Shown here piece after piece: positions 1-9,392 of a stretch of DNA of 64,000 nucleotides. Position numbers and translations under genes: made by a program. The DNA lies in contig JADZAR010000086.1 of assembly GCA_020852475.1 (NCBI GenBank), positions 32,631 to 96,630 on the forward strand, written 5' to 3'. Within the stretch, counting starts at the first letter, position 1. Every line of letters starts with the position of its first letter. The stretch is from Nitrosomonas sp. (GTDB lineage: Bacteria; Pseudomonadota; Gammaproteobacteria; Burkholderiales; Nitrosomonadaceae). The notes beneath the pieces are model-generated. The model was not told the origin of the DNA and made no database searches. It worked only from the letters and a program-made list of their open reading frames with translations.

Positions 1-909
1 TTTTTATTAGACACACTTAATTACAGAGTTGAATATTGGAAATCAGTTGCAAGTAGCAGTAGAAAGGACCCCAATATTACGAGCAATGATGTTAAGCATT
101 TTAGTTTCCCAATTCCTTCAACCAGAGCCGAACAAACCGCCATCGCAAACGCCCTCAGCGATGCCGATGCGCTGATTCAATCTCTCACCTCTTTCATCGC
201 CAAAAAACGCCAGATCAAACAAGGCGCCATGCAAAACCTGCTTAATCCTTATGAAAATGGGCAATTGAAAGAGGGGTGGGTAGTGAAGAAGTTGGGTGAA
301 GTAGGTGCAACCTATGGTGGTTTATCCGGAAAGACGAAAGTTGACTTTGGTTCAGGTGATGCACGTTACATTCCTTTTATGAATGTGATGAGTAATGTCA
401 TTATAGATGTTGAATTTTTGGAGAAAGTAATAGTAGGCAAAAGCGAAAATCAGAATAAAGTCAGAAAAGGTGACTTGTTTTTTAATGGCTCTTCCGAGAC
501 ACCAGATGAATTGGGTTTATGTGCTGTACTAAATGACGATATCGATAATCTCTATCTTAATAGTTTCTGCTTTGGGTTTAGGCTGTTTAATGAGAAAGAG
601 GTGTATGCAACCTATTTGGCGTATCTCTTTAGAAGTAGTTATGGACGAGAACTCTTGTATTCATTGGCCCAAGGTGCGACCAGATACAATCTTTCGAAGA
701 TGAATTTCTTAAAGCTAGAGATAACAATGCCAAGCTATTCCGCGCAATCAGAGATTGCTAGAACAATATCTGATATAGATGCCGAAATCGCTGCCTTCGA
801 AGACAAGCTCGCCAAATACCGGCACATCAAGCAAGGCATGATGCAAAACCTGTTGACCGGCCGCATCCGGCTGGTGCAACCGGACAGCAAAACCGGAGCG
901 GTTGCGTGA
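1..909 (+). CDS. hsdS: Type I restriction-modification specificity subunit HsdS (5'-truncated by the window edge)
   Basis: Frame 1 is open from nt 1 to the TGA at 907-909. Two copies of the conserved HsdS helix motif (...KKRQIKQGAMQNLL and ...YRHIKQGMMQNLLTGRIRL) flank a variable AT-rich target-recognition domain. Confidence 0.85.
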   Translation, partial: FLLDTLNYRVEYWKSVASSSRKDPNITSNDVKHFSFPIPSTRAEQTAIANALSDADALIQSLTSFIAKKRQIKQGAMQNLLNPYENGQLKEGWVVKKLGEVGATYGGLSGKTKVDFGSGDARYIPFMNVMSNVIIDVEFLEKVIVGKSENQNKVRKGDLFFNGSSETPDELGLCAVLNDDIDNLYLNSFCFGFRLFNEKEVYATYLAYLFRSSYGRELLYSLAQGATRYNLSKMNFLKLEITMPSYSAQSEIARTISDIDAEIAAFEDKLAKYRHIKQGMMQNLLTGRIRLVQPDSKTGAVA

Positions 910-3900
910 CCGTCGATCCATCCGGCAGCGGTGCTGTCACCAAACCCGAACGCGCCACGCAAAACCGTGTGGTGACATTGTTCTGTGAGCAATTGGGTTA
1001 TATCAATCTCGGCAAACTCGAAGAGAAGCCGGACAACAGCAACATCGAAGTGCCGCAATTGACGCGCTACCTGACAGCCAAAGGTTACGATCAAAGCCAG
1101 ATCAACAAAGCGCTGGATAAATTGCAGATCGCGGCCAATAATCACAGCCAGGATTTGTATCACAACAACAAGGACGTTTATCAGCTGCTGCGCTATGGTG
1201 TGCCGGTCAAAGTGGAAGCCGGAGTGCCGACGGTCACGGTGCGGGTGATTGACTGGCAACATCCCGAGCAGAATCGCTTTTATATCGCCGAGGAAGTCAC
1301 GGTGTTTGGCGAAAAGGAAAAACGTCCGGACATCGTGCTGTACGTCAACGGCATTGCCATCGGCGTGCTGGAACTGAAGAACAGCCGGGTGTCGATTGGC
1401 GATGGCATCCGCCAAAGCTTGGTGAACCAACAACCGGAATTCATCGGTGCATTTTTCAGCACCATCCAGTTCGTGTTTGCCGGTAACGATTCCGAAGGCT
1501 TGCAGTATGGCACCATCGGCACGCCGGAGAAGTTTTTCCTCAAGTGGAAAGAAGACGAAGCGGACAACAGCGGCTACAAGCTGGATAAGTACCTCGCCAA
1601 AATCTGCCAGCCATCACGGCTGATCGAATTGATGCACGACTTTGTGCTGTTCGACGGCGGCGTGAAGAAATTGCCGCGCGCACACCAGTATTTCGGCCTC
1701 AAAGCCGCGCAAGCGCATGTGCGCCGCAAGGAAGGCGGCATCATCTGGCACACCCAGGGCAGCGGCAAAAGCATCGTGATGGTGCTGCTGGCCAAATGGA
1801 TACTGGAAAACAATCCGCACGCGCGCATCGCCATCGTCACCGACCGCGATGAACTGGACAAGCAGATCGAGAGCGTTTTCAGAGATGCCGGGGAAGCGAT
1901 TTATCGCACCCACAGCGGGCGCGATTTGATGGCGCAATTGGGGCAAGCTAAGCCGCGGTTGTTGTGCTCTCTGGTGCACAAGTTCGGCAAACGCGATGTC
2001 GATGATTTCGACGCTTTTATCGAGCAACTGCAAAGCCAGCCAAGCTATGCCGTCGGCGAATTATTTATTTTCGTCGATGAATGCCATCGCACGCAAAGCG
2101 GCAAATTGCACAAAACCATGAAGGCATTGCTGCCCGGCGCGGTGTTCATCGGCTTTACCGGTACGCCGTTATTGAAGAAAGACAAAGCCACCAGCCTGGA
2201 AGTGTTCGGCAAATATATCCATACCTACAAATTTAACGAAGCGGTGGAAGACGGCGTGGTGCTCGATCTGGTGTACGAGGCGCGCGATATCGATCAACGC
2301 TTGAGTTCGCAGCAAAAAATCGACGAATGGTTTGCCGCCAAAACCAAAGGACTGAACGATTTTCAGAAAGCCGAGCTAAAAAAGAAATGGGGCACGATGC
2401 AAAACGTGCTCAGCTCCAAATCGCGCATGGATAAGGTGGTGACCGATATCGTCGGGGATTTCAGCGTGAAGCCGCGTTTGAGCACGCAAATGGGCAATGC
2501 CATTCTGGTGGCGTCGAGCATCTTTGAAGCCTGCCGCTATTACGAGCTGTTCCAGGCCACCGAATTGAAAGGCAAATGCGCGGTGGTCACTTCATACAAT
2601 CCGCAATCCCGCGACATCACCACCGAGGAAACCGGCGCGAATACCGAGACGGATAAGCAAGTTATCTATAACACCTATGACGCCTTGCTGAAGGATGTCA
2701 GCGCCGAACCGGGCAAATCCAAGACTGAAACTTACGAAGATAAAGCAAAAAAGCTTTTTGTCGACGAACCGGCGCATATGAAGCTGCTGATCGTGGTGGA
2801 TAAATTGCTGACCGGTTTCGATGCGCCCAGTTGCACGTATTTGTACATCGATAAATCGATGCAGGATCATGGATTGTTCCAGGCCATCTGCCGCGTGAAC
2901 CGTCTCGACAGCGAAGACAAGAAATTCGGCTTCATCGTCGATTACAAGGATCTATTCAAGAAGCTGGTCAATGAAAAAGGCACCGGCGCAATTCAGGTTT
3001 ATACCGAAGAACTGGATTACGACCAGTTTGAAGCCAAGGACTGCGACATCCTGATCCAAGATCGGCTGAGCAAAGGCCGCGAGTGGCTGGACAATGCGCT
3101 GGAAGAGCTGGAATTGCTGTGCGAGAAAGTGGAATCGCCCAAAGGCGATCTGCAACACATCCATTACTTTTGCGGCAATAGCGAAATCCCGGAAGACTTG
3201 AAAGCACGCGAAGTGCAACGCACGGCGTTATACAAAGCCACTGCCAACCTGATCCGCGCCTATGCCAATATCGGCGACGACATGGACGCTGCCGGTTACA
3301 CCGCCGATGCGGCTGAACATATCCAAACCCGTGTGGATCATTTCCTGAAACTGCGTGACATCATCAAAAATGCTTCCAATGAGAAAATCGATCTGAAAGC
3401 GTATGAAGCGGACATGCGTTATTTGATCGACCGCTATATTCAGGCGGAGGAATCGGTGGTGATCTCCCCTCTCGCCGATATGCCGATCCTGGAAGTCATT
3501 GTGAAAAGCGGCATCGCCGAAGCCATCGGCGCGGTGCCGGATGGTATCAAAGCCAATAAAGAAGCCGTGGCGGAAACTATCGAGAACAATGTGCGCAGCC
3601 ATATCATCAAGAATCACCTGCTCGATCCAGCGTACTTTGAAAAAATGTCGACGCTGCTGGGTGAAATTATTAAATTCAGAAAAGAAAACGCAGAGAAATA
3701 TAAAGAGTATTTACAAAAGATCGCCGAGCTGGCCAGCAAGGTTATGGCAGCACAACCGGATGACACGCCAAAGACACTGAATACCCAGGCCAAGCGTGCG
3801 CTGTATAACAACTTAGGCAAAAACGAGACGCTGGTGCTGCAAGTTAACGATGTGGTGATGGACAGTAAGCAAGACGGCTGGCGCGGTAATCAGGCAAAAG

Positions 3901-3998
3901 AAAATCAAATCAAGCAGGCGATTTTTGAAATCGTCAACGACGTTGAAGAAGTCGAGCGGATTTTCGCCATCGTCAAACAGCAAAAAAGTGACTACTGA
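906..3998 (+). CDS. hsdR: Type I restriction enzyme R subunit HsdR (1030 aa)
   Basis: The GTG start overlaps the hsdS stop (GTGA). The N-terminal PD-(D/E)xK-like nuclease motif is RPDIVLYVNGIAIGVLELK. Helicase motif I is HTQGSGKS and motif II is VDECHR. The size is typical of HsdR. Confidence 0.9.
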   Translation: MTVDPSGSGAVTKPERATQNRVVTLFCEQLGYINLGKLEEKPDNSNIEVPQLTRYLTAKGYDQSQINKALDKLQIAANNHSQDLYHNNKDVYQLLRYGVPVKVEAGVPTVTVRVIDWQHPEQNRFYIAEEVTVFGEKEKRPDIVLYVNGIAIGVLELKNSRVSIGDGIRQSLVNQQPEFIGAFFSTIQFVFAGNDSEGLQYGTIGTPEKFFLKWKEDEADNSGYKLDKYLAKICQPSRLIELMHDFVLFDGGVKKLPRAHQYFGLKAAQAHVRRKEGGIIWHTQGSGKSIVMVLLAKWILENNPHARIAIVTDRDELDKQIESVFRDAGEAIYRTHSGRDLMAQLGQAKPRLLCSLVHKFGKRDVDDFDAFIEQLQSQPSYAVGELFIFVDECHRTQSGKLHKTMKALLPGAVFIGFTGTPLLKKDKATSLEVFGKYIHTYKFNEAVEDGVVLDLVYEARDIDQRLSSQQKIDEWFAAKTKGLNDFQKAELKKKWGTMQNVLSSKSRMDKVVTDIVGDFSVKPRLSTQMGNAILVASSIFEACRYYELFQATELKGKCAVVTSYNPQSRDITTEETGANTETDKQVIYNTYDALLKDVSAEPGKSKTETYEDKAKKLFVDEPAHMKLLIVVDKLLTGFDAPSCTYLYIDKSMQDHGLFQAICRVNRLDSEDKKFGFIVDYKDLFKKLVNEKGTGAIQVYTEELDYDQFEAKDCDILIQDRLSKGREWLDNALEELELLCEKVESPKGDLQHIHYFCGNSEIPEDLKAREVQRTALYKATANLIRAYANIGDDMDAAGYTADAAEHIQTRVDHFLKLRDIIKNASNEKIDLKAYEADMRYLIDRYIQAEESVVISPLADMPILEVIVKSGIAEAIGAVPDGIKANKEAVAETIENNVRSHIIKNHLLDPAYFEKMSTLLGEIIKFRKENAEKYKEYLQKIAELASKVMAAQPDDTPKTLNTQAKRALYNNLGKNETLVLQVNDVVMDSKQDGWRGNQAKENQIKQAIFEIVNDVEEVERIFAIVKQQKSDY

Positions 3999-4008
3999 CA
4001 TTGCAATC

Positions 4009-4713
4009 ATGCGGCTGAATGATCTTGATGTGGAAGTTATCCATAAAAACATCAAGAATGTGCATTTAAGCGTCTACCCACCGGATGGCAGGGTCAAAGT
4101 ATCGGCACCGGTCAGCATGGCGCCGGATATCGTTCGGGTGTTTGTGATATCCAAGCTCGGATGGATAAAGAAGCAGCAATCAAAGTTACGGCTACAGGAA
4201 CGCGAGGCGCCACGGGAATATATCGACCGCGAATCCCATTTTGTCTGGGGAAAGCGTTATCTGCTGAAGCTTGATGAAAAAAACGCGCCGCCGTCCGTTG
4301 AATTGAAGCACAGCAACATGTTGCTGTCGGTACGCCCTGGAACGAACCGGGAAAGAAAGCAGGCCATCCTTGAAGCCTGGTATCGCAACAATCTCAAGCA
4401 AGCAATCCCGGCATTGATCGAAAAGTGGCAGCCACGTATGGGTGTATCCGTGCAAAGGTTTTACGTGCAAAGAATGAAAACCAAATGGGGTAGTTGCAGC
4501 TTTCATTCCGCCAGTATCCGGATCAATACGGAATTAGCGAAGAAACCGCTGGCTTGTTTAGAGTACATTATCGTGCACGAAATGACTCATCTGCTGGAAC
4601 CGACGCATAACAGCCGCTTTATCGCATTGATGGACCAATTCATGCCGAAATGGCAGTTTTACCGGGAAGAACTGAATCGCTTACCGGTCAGGCATGAGGA
4701 ATGGGGATATTGA
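4009..4713 (+). CDS. DUF45 / YgjP-like (COG1451) HExxH metal-dependent hydrolase, often annotated as an M48-family metallopeptidase
   Basis: HEMTHLLEPTHNSRF contains the HExxH motif, and the N-terminus MRLNDLDVEVIHKNIKNVHLSVYPPDGRVKVSAP is family-typical. I chose the ATG at 4009, 10 nt after the hsdR stop, over the track start at 3925, which overlaps hsdR. Confidence 0.8.
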   Translation: MRLNDLDVEVIHKNIKNVHLSVYPPDGRVKVSAPVSMAPDIVRVFVISKLGWIKKQQSKLRLQEREAPREYIDRESHFVWGKRYLLKLDEKNAPPSVELKHSNMLLSVRPGTNRERKQAILEAWYRNNLKQAIPALIEKWQPRMGVSVQRFYVQRMKTKWGSCSFHSASIRINTELAKKPLACLEYIIVHEMTHLLEPTHNSRFIALMDQFMPKWQFYREELNRLPVRHEEWGY

Positions 4714-4756
4714 TCCCGTATCTATAGCAATTGACCCTAAACAAAGCAAGTACAAA

Positions 4757-5968
4757 TTATGCTTCACGCTGGATCGGAATAATTTCTGCACCAGTTTTTA
4801 GTTTATCGAGATAATCTGCCCACTGTTGCATCATTTTTCGACGCTCAGATAGATGTGCAGTGCGATTGTATGCACGCCCGTTCGGATCGCGCACGGCATG
4901 AGCAAGCTGATGTTCAATAAAATCGGGGCGAACGCCTAGAATTTCATCGAGTATGGTGCGTGCCACTGCACGGAAACCGTGCCCGCTCATTTCATCTTTA
5001 TCGATGCCGAGCCGCCGCATTGCGGCAAGAATCGCATTGTCGCTCATTGGGCGGATAAAGCTGCGTGCGCTCGGAAAAACAAACCGGCTATTTCCGGTAA
5101 GCGGTTGCAATTCACGCAATATTTCTATGGCTTGACGGGCAAGCGGAACGATATGCGGTGTATTGGTTTTTGTGACAAGGTAACGCCATTCGGCTGCTTC
5201 AAAATCTATATCCGCCCACTGTGCATTGCGTAATTCACCGGGGCGTGCAAACACCAAAGGAGCAAGGCGGAGGGCGCAACGCACCGTAAGCGTACCTTCG
5301 TAACCGTCCAATGCGCGAAGAATCTCAGCGAAACGTTTGGGTTCGGTGGTAGCGGCAAAATGTGTACCCCTGACTGGAGGCAACGCACCTCGCAAATCGC
5401 CTGAAGGATCGCGTGCAGCGCGCCCGGTTGCCACGGCATAACGAAATACTTGCCCGCAATTGCCCAGCGCCCGGTGCGCAGTTTCCAATGCACCCCGGTT
5501 TTCGATCCGGCGAACTGCGGCAAGCAATTCAGGCGCATTAATTTCGGCAATAGGACGAGCGCCGATCCAAGGAAAAATATCTCGCTCGAATCGCCGGATG
5601 ATACGGTCGCCGTGATTCTTTGCCCAAGTCGCTGAATACTTGGCAAACCATTCGCGCGCAACGACTTCAAAGCTATTTGCAATCAGATCGGCGCGTGCCG
5701 ATTTCTGAATTTTACGGTTCTCGCTTGGATTTACGCCGTTGGCGACAAGTTTACGCGCTTCGTCGCGGCGTTCGCGTGCATCTTTCAAGTTGATATCCGG
5801 ATAAACACCAAGTGATAGCAATTTTTCTTTGCCGTGGAACATATATCGAAAGCGCCACCACTTACCCCCAGTTGGGGTAACAAGTAGAAATAATCCTCGC
5901 TCATCAAATAGCTTAATTGGCTTCGCGCTTGGTTTTGCGTTACGGATTGAGGTATCAGTTAGTGGCAT
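4757..5968 (-). CDS. int: Site-specific tyrosine recombinase / integrase, P4 (CP4-57 IntA)-like, with an N-terminal arm-binding (DUF4102-type) domain
   Basis: The N-terminus is MPLTDTSIRNAKP..KLFDERGLFLLVTPTGGKWWRFRY. The catalytic region has HGFRAV (HxxR) and RAYNRTAH (Tyr). The gene lies next to the tmRNA 3' end. Confidence 0.9.
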   Translation of the reverse strand: MPLTDTSIRNAKPSAKPIKLFDERGLFLLVTPTGGKWWRFRYMFHGKEKLLSLGVYPDINLKDARERRDEARKLVANGVNPSENRKIQKSARADLIANSFEVVAREWFAKYSATWAKNHGDRIIRRFERDIFPWIGARPIAEINAPELLAAVRRIENRGALETAHRALGNCGQVFRYAVATGRAARDPSGDLRGALPPVRGTHFAATTEPKRFAEILRALDGYEGTLTVRCALRLAPLVFARPGELRNAQWADIDFEAAEWRYLVTKTNTPHIVPLARQAIEILRELQPLTGNSRFVFPSARSFIRPMSDNAILAAMRRLGIDKDEMSGHGFRAVARTILDEILGVRPDFIEHQLAHAVRDPNGRAYNRTAHLSERRKMMQQWADYLDKLKTGAEIIPIQREA

Positions 5969-5969
5969 A

Positions 5970-6017
5970 GGGGTAACTCCTAAACTTGAATTGGAGTTAC
6001 CCCGGAGAGTTACCCCT
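5970..6017. promoter_or_regulatory. Perfect 11-bp inverted repeat plus a third half-site, directly upstream of the integrase start codon
   Basis: The arms are GGGGTAACTCC (5970-5980) and GGAGTTACCCC (5993-6003) with a 12-nt loop, followed by GGAGAGTTACCCCT (6004-6017). On the int mRNA strand the arm nearest the ATG contains the only GGAG Shine-Dalgarno candidate. Confidence 0.4.
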
Positions 6018-6070
6018 ATTAATTGCTGGATGCTATAGGATGATATTATCCACTAATGGAAGCTATATGC

Positions 6071-6098
6071 AATAAAAAACCCGCACTTAGGCGGGTTT
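6071..6098 (-). terminator. Rho-independent terminator-like hairpin downstream of ssrA
   Basis: The minus strand reads AACCCGC-CTAAGT-GCGGGTT followed by TTTTTTATT. It lies about 35 nt beyond the tmRNA CCA end. Confidence 0.5.
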
Positions 6099-6131
6099 AA
6101 GGATGTTATTGGATTTCTTAAAATACTCAAT

Positions 6132-6491
6132 TGGTGGAGACGGCGGGAATCGAACCCGCGTCCGCAAGTCCTCTACAGGCAGTTCTACATACTTAGCCAT
6201 GTTCTTTAATTTAACTTGGCAACCGCCAACCGGCGGGCTGTTGACAAGCGAGTTACCTTTTATTTAACACCCTGCAAAGTAACCCTGCAGCGCGCGATCC
6301 TCGTTAATGACTCTGCCGTCTGTTGCCAGACCCGGCGTTAAGGCCCACCGGTGCAGAGGCTAGCCAATTAAGCGGCTAAAGCGTAGTTTTCGTCGTTTGC
6401 GACTATTGTTTTCAGATGGATTTACGAGGTAATCTGATCCTCGGTATGCCCTACTCTGCTTTGCAACCCACGTCGAAGCCAGATCGTCCCC
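6132..6491 (-). ncRNA. ssrA: tmRNA (SsrA), ~360 nt
   Basis: The minus strand starts GGGGACGATCTGGCTTCGACGTGGG. The tag ORF GCAAACGACGAAAACTACGCTTTAGCCGCTTAA (6368-6400) encodes ANDENYALAA*. The 3' end is GCGGGTTCGATTCCCGCCGTCTCCACCA. The acceptor stem has the G3:U wobble. Confidence 0.92.
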
Positions 6492-6564
6492 GGTATTCTG
6501 TTGTGGTGTACCTAAGATTTTATCTTATGGAAAAAGTTCAACTGTGAAAAGAAGTGTAATGATT

Positions 6565-7224
6565 TTACCATTTTACAGGCAGGTATGCGATTAAGTCTTG
6601 CGGGTGGCTAATCATGTATCGCGCACCCCATGTTTCGGGCGGTTGATCGTTACCAAGGTAACCATAAAGTGCAATAAAGGGTTCCATACCAGCAGCCAGA
6701 CTCGCTTTGACATCACGCTGATCATCACCTAAATATAGACAATCGGTGGGCAGAACATCGATTTTTCTGCAGGCAGCCAGGAGCGGCTCGGGATGAGGCT
6801 TAGTGTGGTTTGTTTCATCGCCACAAACGATACTTGCGGCGCGCTGCTGTAAACCCAATTGTGCAATAAGCGGATGCGTAAATCGCGCTGGTTTATTAGT
6901 GACGATACCCCAAGGCATGTTTTGTGCATCGAGCTGGTCGAGTAACTCTGCTATGCCAGGAAAAAGCCGGGTATCGTGACAAAGCCGCTGCGTATAAAAA
7001 GCCAGGAACTCATCGCGCATCTCGATGTAATCTTGATCTTCCGGCCCGATATCGAATCCAATTTTCAACAATCCGCGCGCACCGGCGGACGCCTGGGTGC
7101 GGATAATATCAAGAGGCAGTGGCTTGAGATTCCGGGCAATACGTTGACGATTCAGCGCATGCCCCAGATCTGGTGCGGTATCGGCGAGTGTGCCGTCAAA
7201 ATCGAAAAAAACAGCGCGTACCAT
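6565..7224 (-). CDS. gph: Phosphoglycolate phosphatase (HAD superfamily)
   Basis: The HAD motif I is FFDFDGTLADT. The protein is 219 aa and lies directly downstream of ubiG, a common ubiG-gph pairing. Confidence 0.8.
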   Translation of the reverse strand: MVRAVFFDFDGTLADTAPDLGHALNRQRIARNLKPLPLDIIRTQASAGARGLLKIGFDIGPEDQDYIEMRDEFLAFYTQRLCHDTRLFPGIAELLDQLDAQNMPWGIVTNKPARFTHPLIAQLGLQQRAASIVCGDETNHTKPHPEPLLAACRKIDVLPTDCLYLGDDQRDVKASLAAGMEPFIALYGYLGNDQPPETWGARYMISHPQDLIAYLPVKW

Positions 7225-7235
7225 GTTACTGCGTC

Positions 7236-7940
7236 TCAGATACGATAAGCCATGATGTAATTGACATCGGCGTCATTTCCCAATGCATAGACTTTAGTGA
7301 AAGGATTGTACGTCATGCCGATCAGTTCTTCATCATGAAGGCCAGCATTGCGCGCCATGCGGGCTAGCTCGGATGGTTTAATAAAGTTGGCGTATTCATG
7401 GGTTCCACGTGGCAACAACTTCAGGATATATTCCGCACCGATAATGGCGAACAAATAGGATTTAAGGTTACGATTGATGGTAGAGAAGAATACCCAGCCA
7501 CCTGGTTTAACGAGTTTTGCACAAGCGCGAACTACGCTCATTGGATCAGGCACGTGTTCGAGCATTTCCATACACGTTACAATGTCATAATGTTGCGGCT
7601 GTTCTTTGGCAAGAGATTCGGTTGTGATTTTTCGATACTCTACCTGCTGACCGCTTTCCAGTAAGTGCAGTTTAGCTACTTTGAGTGCTTTGTCACTTAG
7701 ATCAATGCCGGTGACTTTAGCACCGCGTGATGCCATTCCTTCCGATAGGATGCCACCGCCGCAACCGACATCCAGAACAACTTTATCTTGCAGTCCTGCC
7801 AGACTTTCGATGTACCCCATGCGCAATGGATTGATTTCATGAAGTGGTTTGAATTCGCTATTGGGATCCCACCAGCGGTGCGCAAGTTGACTGAATTTCT
7901 CCAGTTCCAGAGGGTCCGCGTTTATGCCATCGTCTTTCAT
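7236..7940 (-). CDS. ubiG: Bifunctional 3-demethylubiquinol 3-O-methyltransferase / 2-polyprenyl-6-hydroxyphenol methylase
   Basis: It has the SAM-binding motif [13 protein letters not shown] and HRWWDP near the N-terminus. The protein is 234 aa. Confidence 0.9.
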   Translation of the reverse strand: MKDDGINADPLELEKFSQLAHRWWDPNSEFKPLHEINPLRMGYIESLAGLQDKVVLDVGCGGGILSEGMASRGAKVTGIDLSDKALKVAKLHLLESGQQVEYRKITTESLAKEQPQHYDIVTCMEMLEHVPDPMSVVRACAKLVKPGGWVFFSTINRNLKSYLFAIIGAEYILKLLPRGTHEYANFIKPSELARMARNAGLHDEELIGMTYNPFTKVYALGNDADVNYIMAYRI

Positions 7941-7983
7941 TCGTTTTCCTTTTCCTTTTTTAACCGCTCTTAAATATGAGTAG

Positions 7984-9309
7984 TCAGTTTACCAAGCGTT
8001 CCTGCCAGTATACAGCCCTGTTCTCCAGCTCAGAGGTATTCAACGTTGTCAATTTTTTATTTTCAAGAAGCATTTTACCATTTACCCAGACATGACTCAC
8101 ATGTTCCCGGCTGGCTGAATACACGAGATGTGATACTGGATCGTAGCAAGGTATAAGATTCAAATCTGAAAAATCAACGGCGACGATGTCAGCAGCTTTG
8201 CCTGACGTCAGCGATCCGGTAATGTCCTCAATGCCAAGCGCTCTAGCACCATTAATGGTTGCCATTTGCAAAGCCTGATAGGCGGGCAACACGTTTGCCT
8301 GGCCACTGACAGCTTTTGCCAGTAAAGCAGCCAACCGCATTTCTTCAAACATATCCAGCCGGTTATTACTGGCGGCGCTATCTGTGCCCAGCCCGATATT
8401 GATGCCTGCATTCAGTAGTGATGCGATTGGAGCAAATCCACTGGCAAGCTTCAGATTGGAAGAGGGACAATGTGCAACATGGCAGCCGTTTCGTTGCAGC
8501 AACTTCAGATCTGATTCCCTTGCTTGCACCATATGCACTGCAATCAGATTGGGTGTCAATAACCCGAGTTGCAGGAGTCGCTCGATTGGACGCATGCCGT
8601 GCGATTCCAAGCCGATGCGAATTTCATCGGCGGTTTCATGCAAATGCAGATGTATTGGAACATCCAGCTGTTCGGCATAAGTCAATATAGTGGCAAAGGT
8701 TTTATCACTGACGGTATAAGGCGCGTGTGGTGCAAAGCTGAATTGCAACAACGACTCACATTGCAGATTGTCTCTGAGAAGCAGCCCCTTGGCCAGATAA
8801 TCGTCTGCATCGCTGGCGTACGCCGTTGGGAAATCAATTGCGATCATGCCTATTACAGCACGCATCCCAGCTGCGAGTGCTGCCCGCGCGCCAGCTTCGG
8901 GGTAAAAATACATATCATTAAAACAAGTGATGCCCCCCCTGAGCATTTCCGCGCAAGCCAGCCGTGTACCGTCGTAAACGTAGGCTTCGTTGACATGACG
9001 CTGCTCTGCTGGCCAAATGTATTTATTTAACCAATCCATTAGTGGAAGATCGTCGGCAAGTCCGCGCATCAATGTCATCGCAGCGTGGGTATGCAGATTT
9101 ATCAGACCGGGTATTACGACATGGTTTTTAAGAAGTACTGTATGTTCCGGGTTGTATCGGATGATTGCTTCGCTGGCGGGAAAAATATCGATTATTTTTC
9201 CCTGATTAATGGCTAGGGCATGATTGCTGAGTGTGGAATTTTTTGCGTCGACCGGGATAATCCAGCGCGCTTCAATTAGTGTGTCAATCGGGACTGGCAA
9301 GTGATGCAT
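7984..9309 (-). CDS. mtaD: Amidohydrolase of the TRZ/ATZ family, probably 5-methylthioadenosine/S-adenosylhomocysteine deaminase
   Basis: It has the metal-binding NLHTHAAM motif and HLHET. The protein is 441 aa and lies upstream of ubiG, as I recall for mtaD loci. Confidence 0.7.
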   Translation of the reverse strand: MHHLPVPIDTLIEARWIIPVDAKNSTLSNHALAINQGKIIDIFPASEAIIRYNPEHTVLLKNHVVIPGLINLHTHAAMTLMRGLADDLPLMDWLNKYIWPAEQRHVNEAYVYDGTRLACAEMLRGGITCFNDMYFYPEAGARAALAAGMRAVIGMIAIDFPTAYASDADDYLAKGLLLRDNLQCESLLQFSFAPHAPYTVSDKTFATILTYAEQLDVPIHLHLHETADEIRIGLESHGMRPIERLLQLGLLTPNLIAVHMVQARESDLKLLQRNGCHVAHCPSSNLKLASGFAPIASLLNAGINIGLGTDSAASNNRLDMFEEMRLAALLAKAVSGQANVLPAYQALQMATINGARALGIEDITGSLTSGKAADIVAVDFSDLNLIPCYDPVSHLVYSASREHVSHVWVNGKMLLENKKLTTLNTSELENRAVYWQERLVN

Positions 9310-9331
9310 AAGGAAGGAAGCGTATACACAG

Positions 9332-9363
9332 AAAAAAGCCCTGACAGAGCAGGGCTTTTTTTA
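9332..9363 (-). terminator. Rho-independent terminator after the OmpA-family gene (symmetric, possibly bidirectional)
   Basis: The sequence is AAAAAAGCCCTG-acaga-GCAGGGCTTTTTTTA: a GC-rich stem with A and T runs on both sides. Confidence 0.6.
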
Positions 9364-9392
9364 TGTCAATGAAGTTTGACGATGCCTATGGC

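Larger units (their letters stand above)
1..6131. mobile_element. Right-hand end of an integrative genomic island inserted at the 3' end of ssrA. Visible cargo is type I R-M genes, a DUF45 hydrolase and the integrase. The left end lies outside the window.
   Basis: A P4/CP4-57-type tyrosine integrase gene is co-oriented with the tmRNA gene and separated from its CCA end by a 163-nt spacer. The cargo is defence-type. Hand-counted 60-nt lines in hsdR are ~60% G+C, against ~40-50% in sampled core lines to the right. Confidence 0.6.

Noticed and set aside
735-3617. Many long minus-strand ORFs inside hsdS/hsdR (for example 735-1433 at 232 aa, 1614-2033 at 139 aa, 3228-3617 at 129 aa)
   Set aside because: They lie antisense to a well-supported, motif-rich hsdR/hsdS frame in a GC-rich segment where stop codons are rare. 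The proteins are low-complexity (R/A/H/Q-rich) with no recognisable motifs.
3925-4008. Longer N-terminus for the DUF45 hydrolase (track start at 3925)
   Set aside because: It would overlap the last 74 nt of hsdR, and the extra residues (MKSSTTLKKSSGFSPSSNSKK…) look like an out-of-frame read of hsdR. The ATG at 4009 gives the family-typical N-terminus.
4953-5682. Alternative-frame and antisense ORFs within the integrase gene (4953-5135, 4979-5233, 5206-5682, 5450-5635)
   Set aside because: They are fully embedded in the integrase CDS, which has clear catalytic motifs. No motifs are seen in the alternatives.
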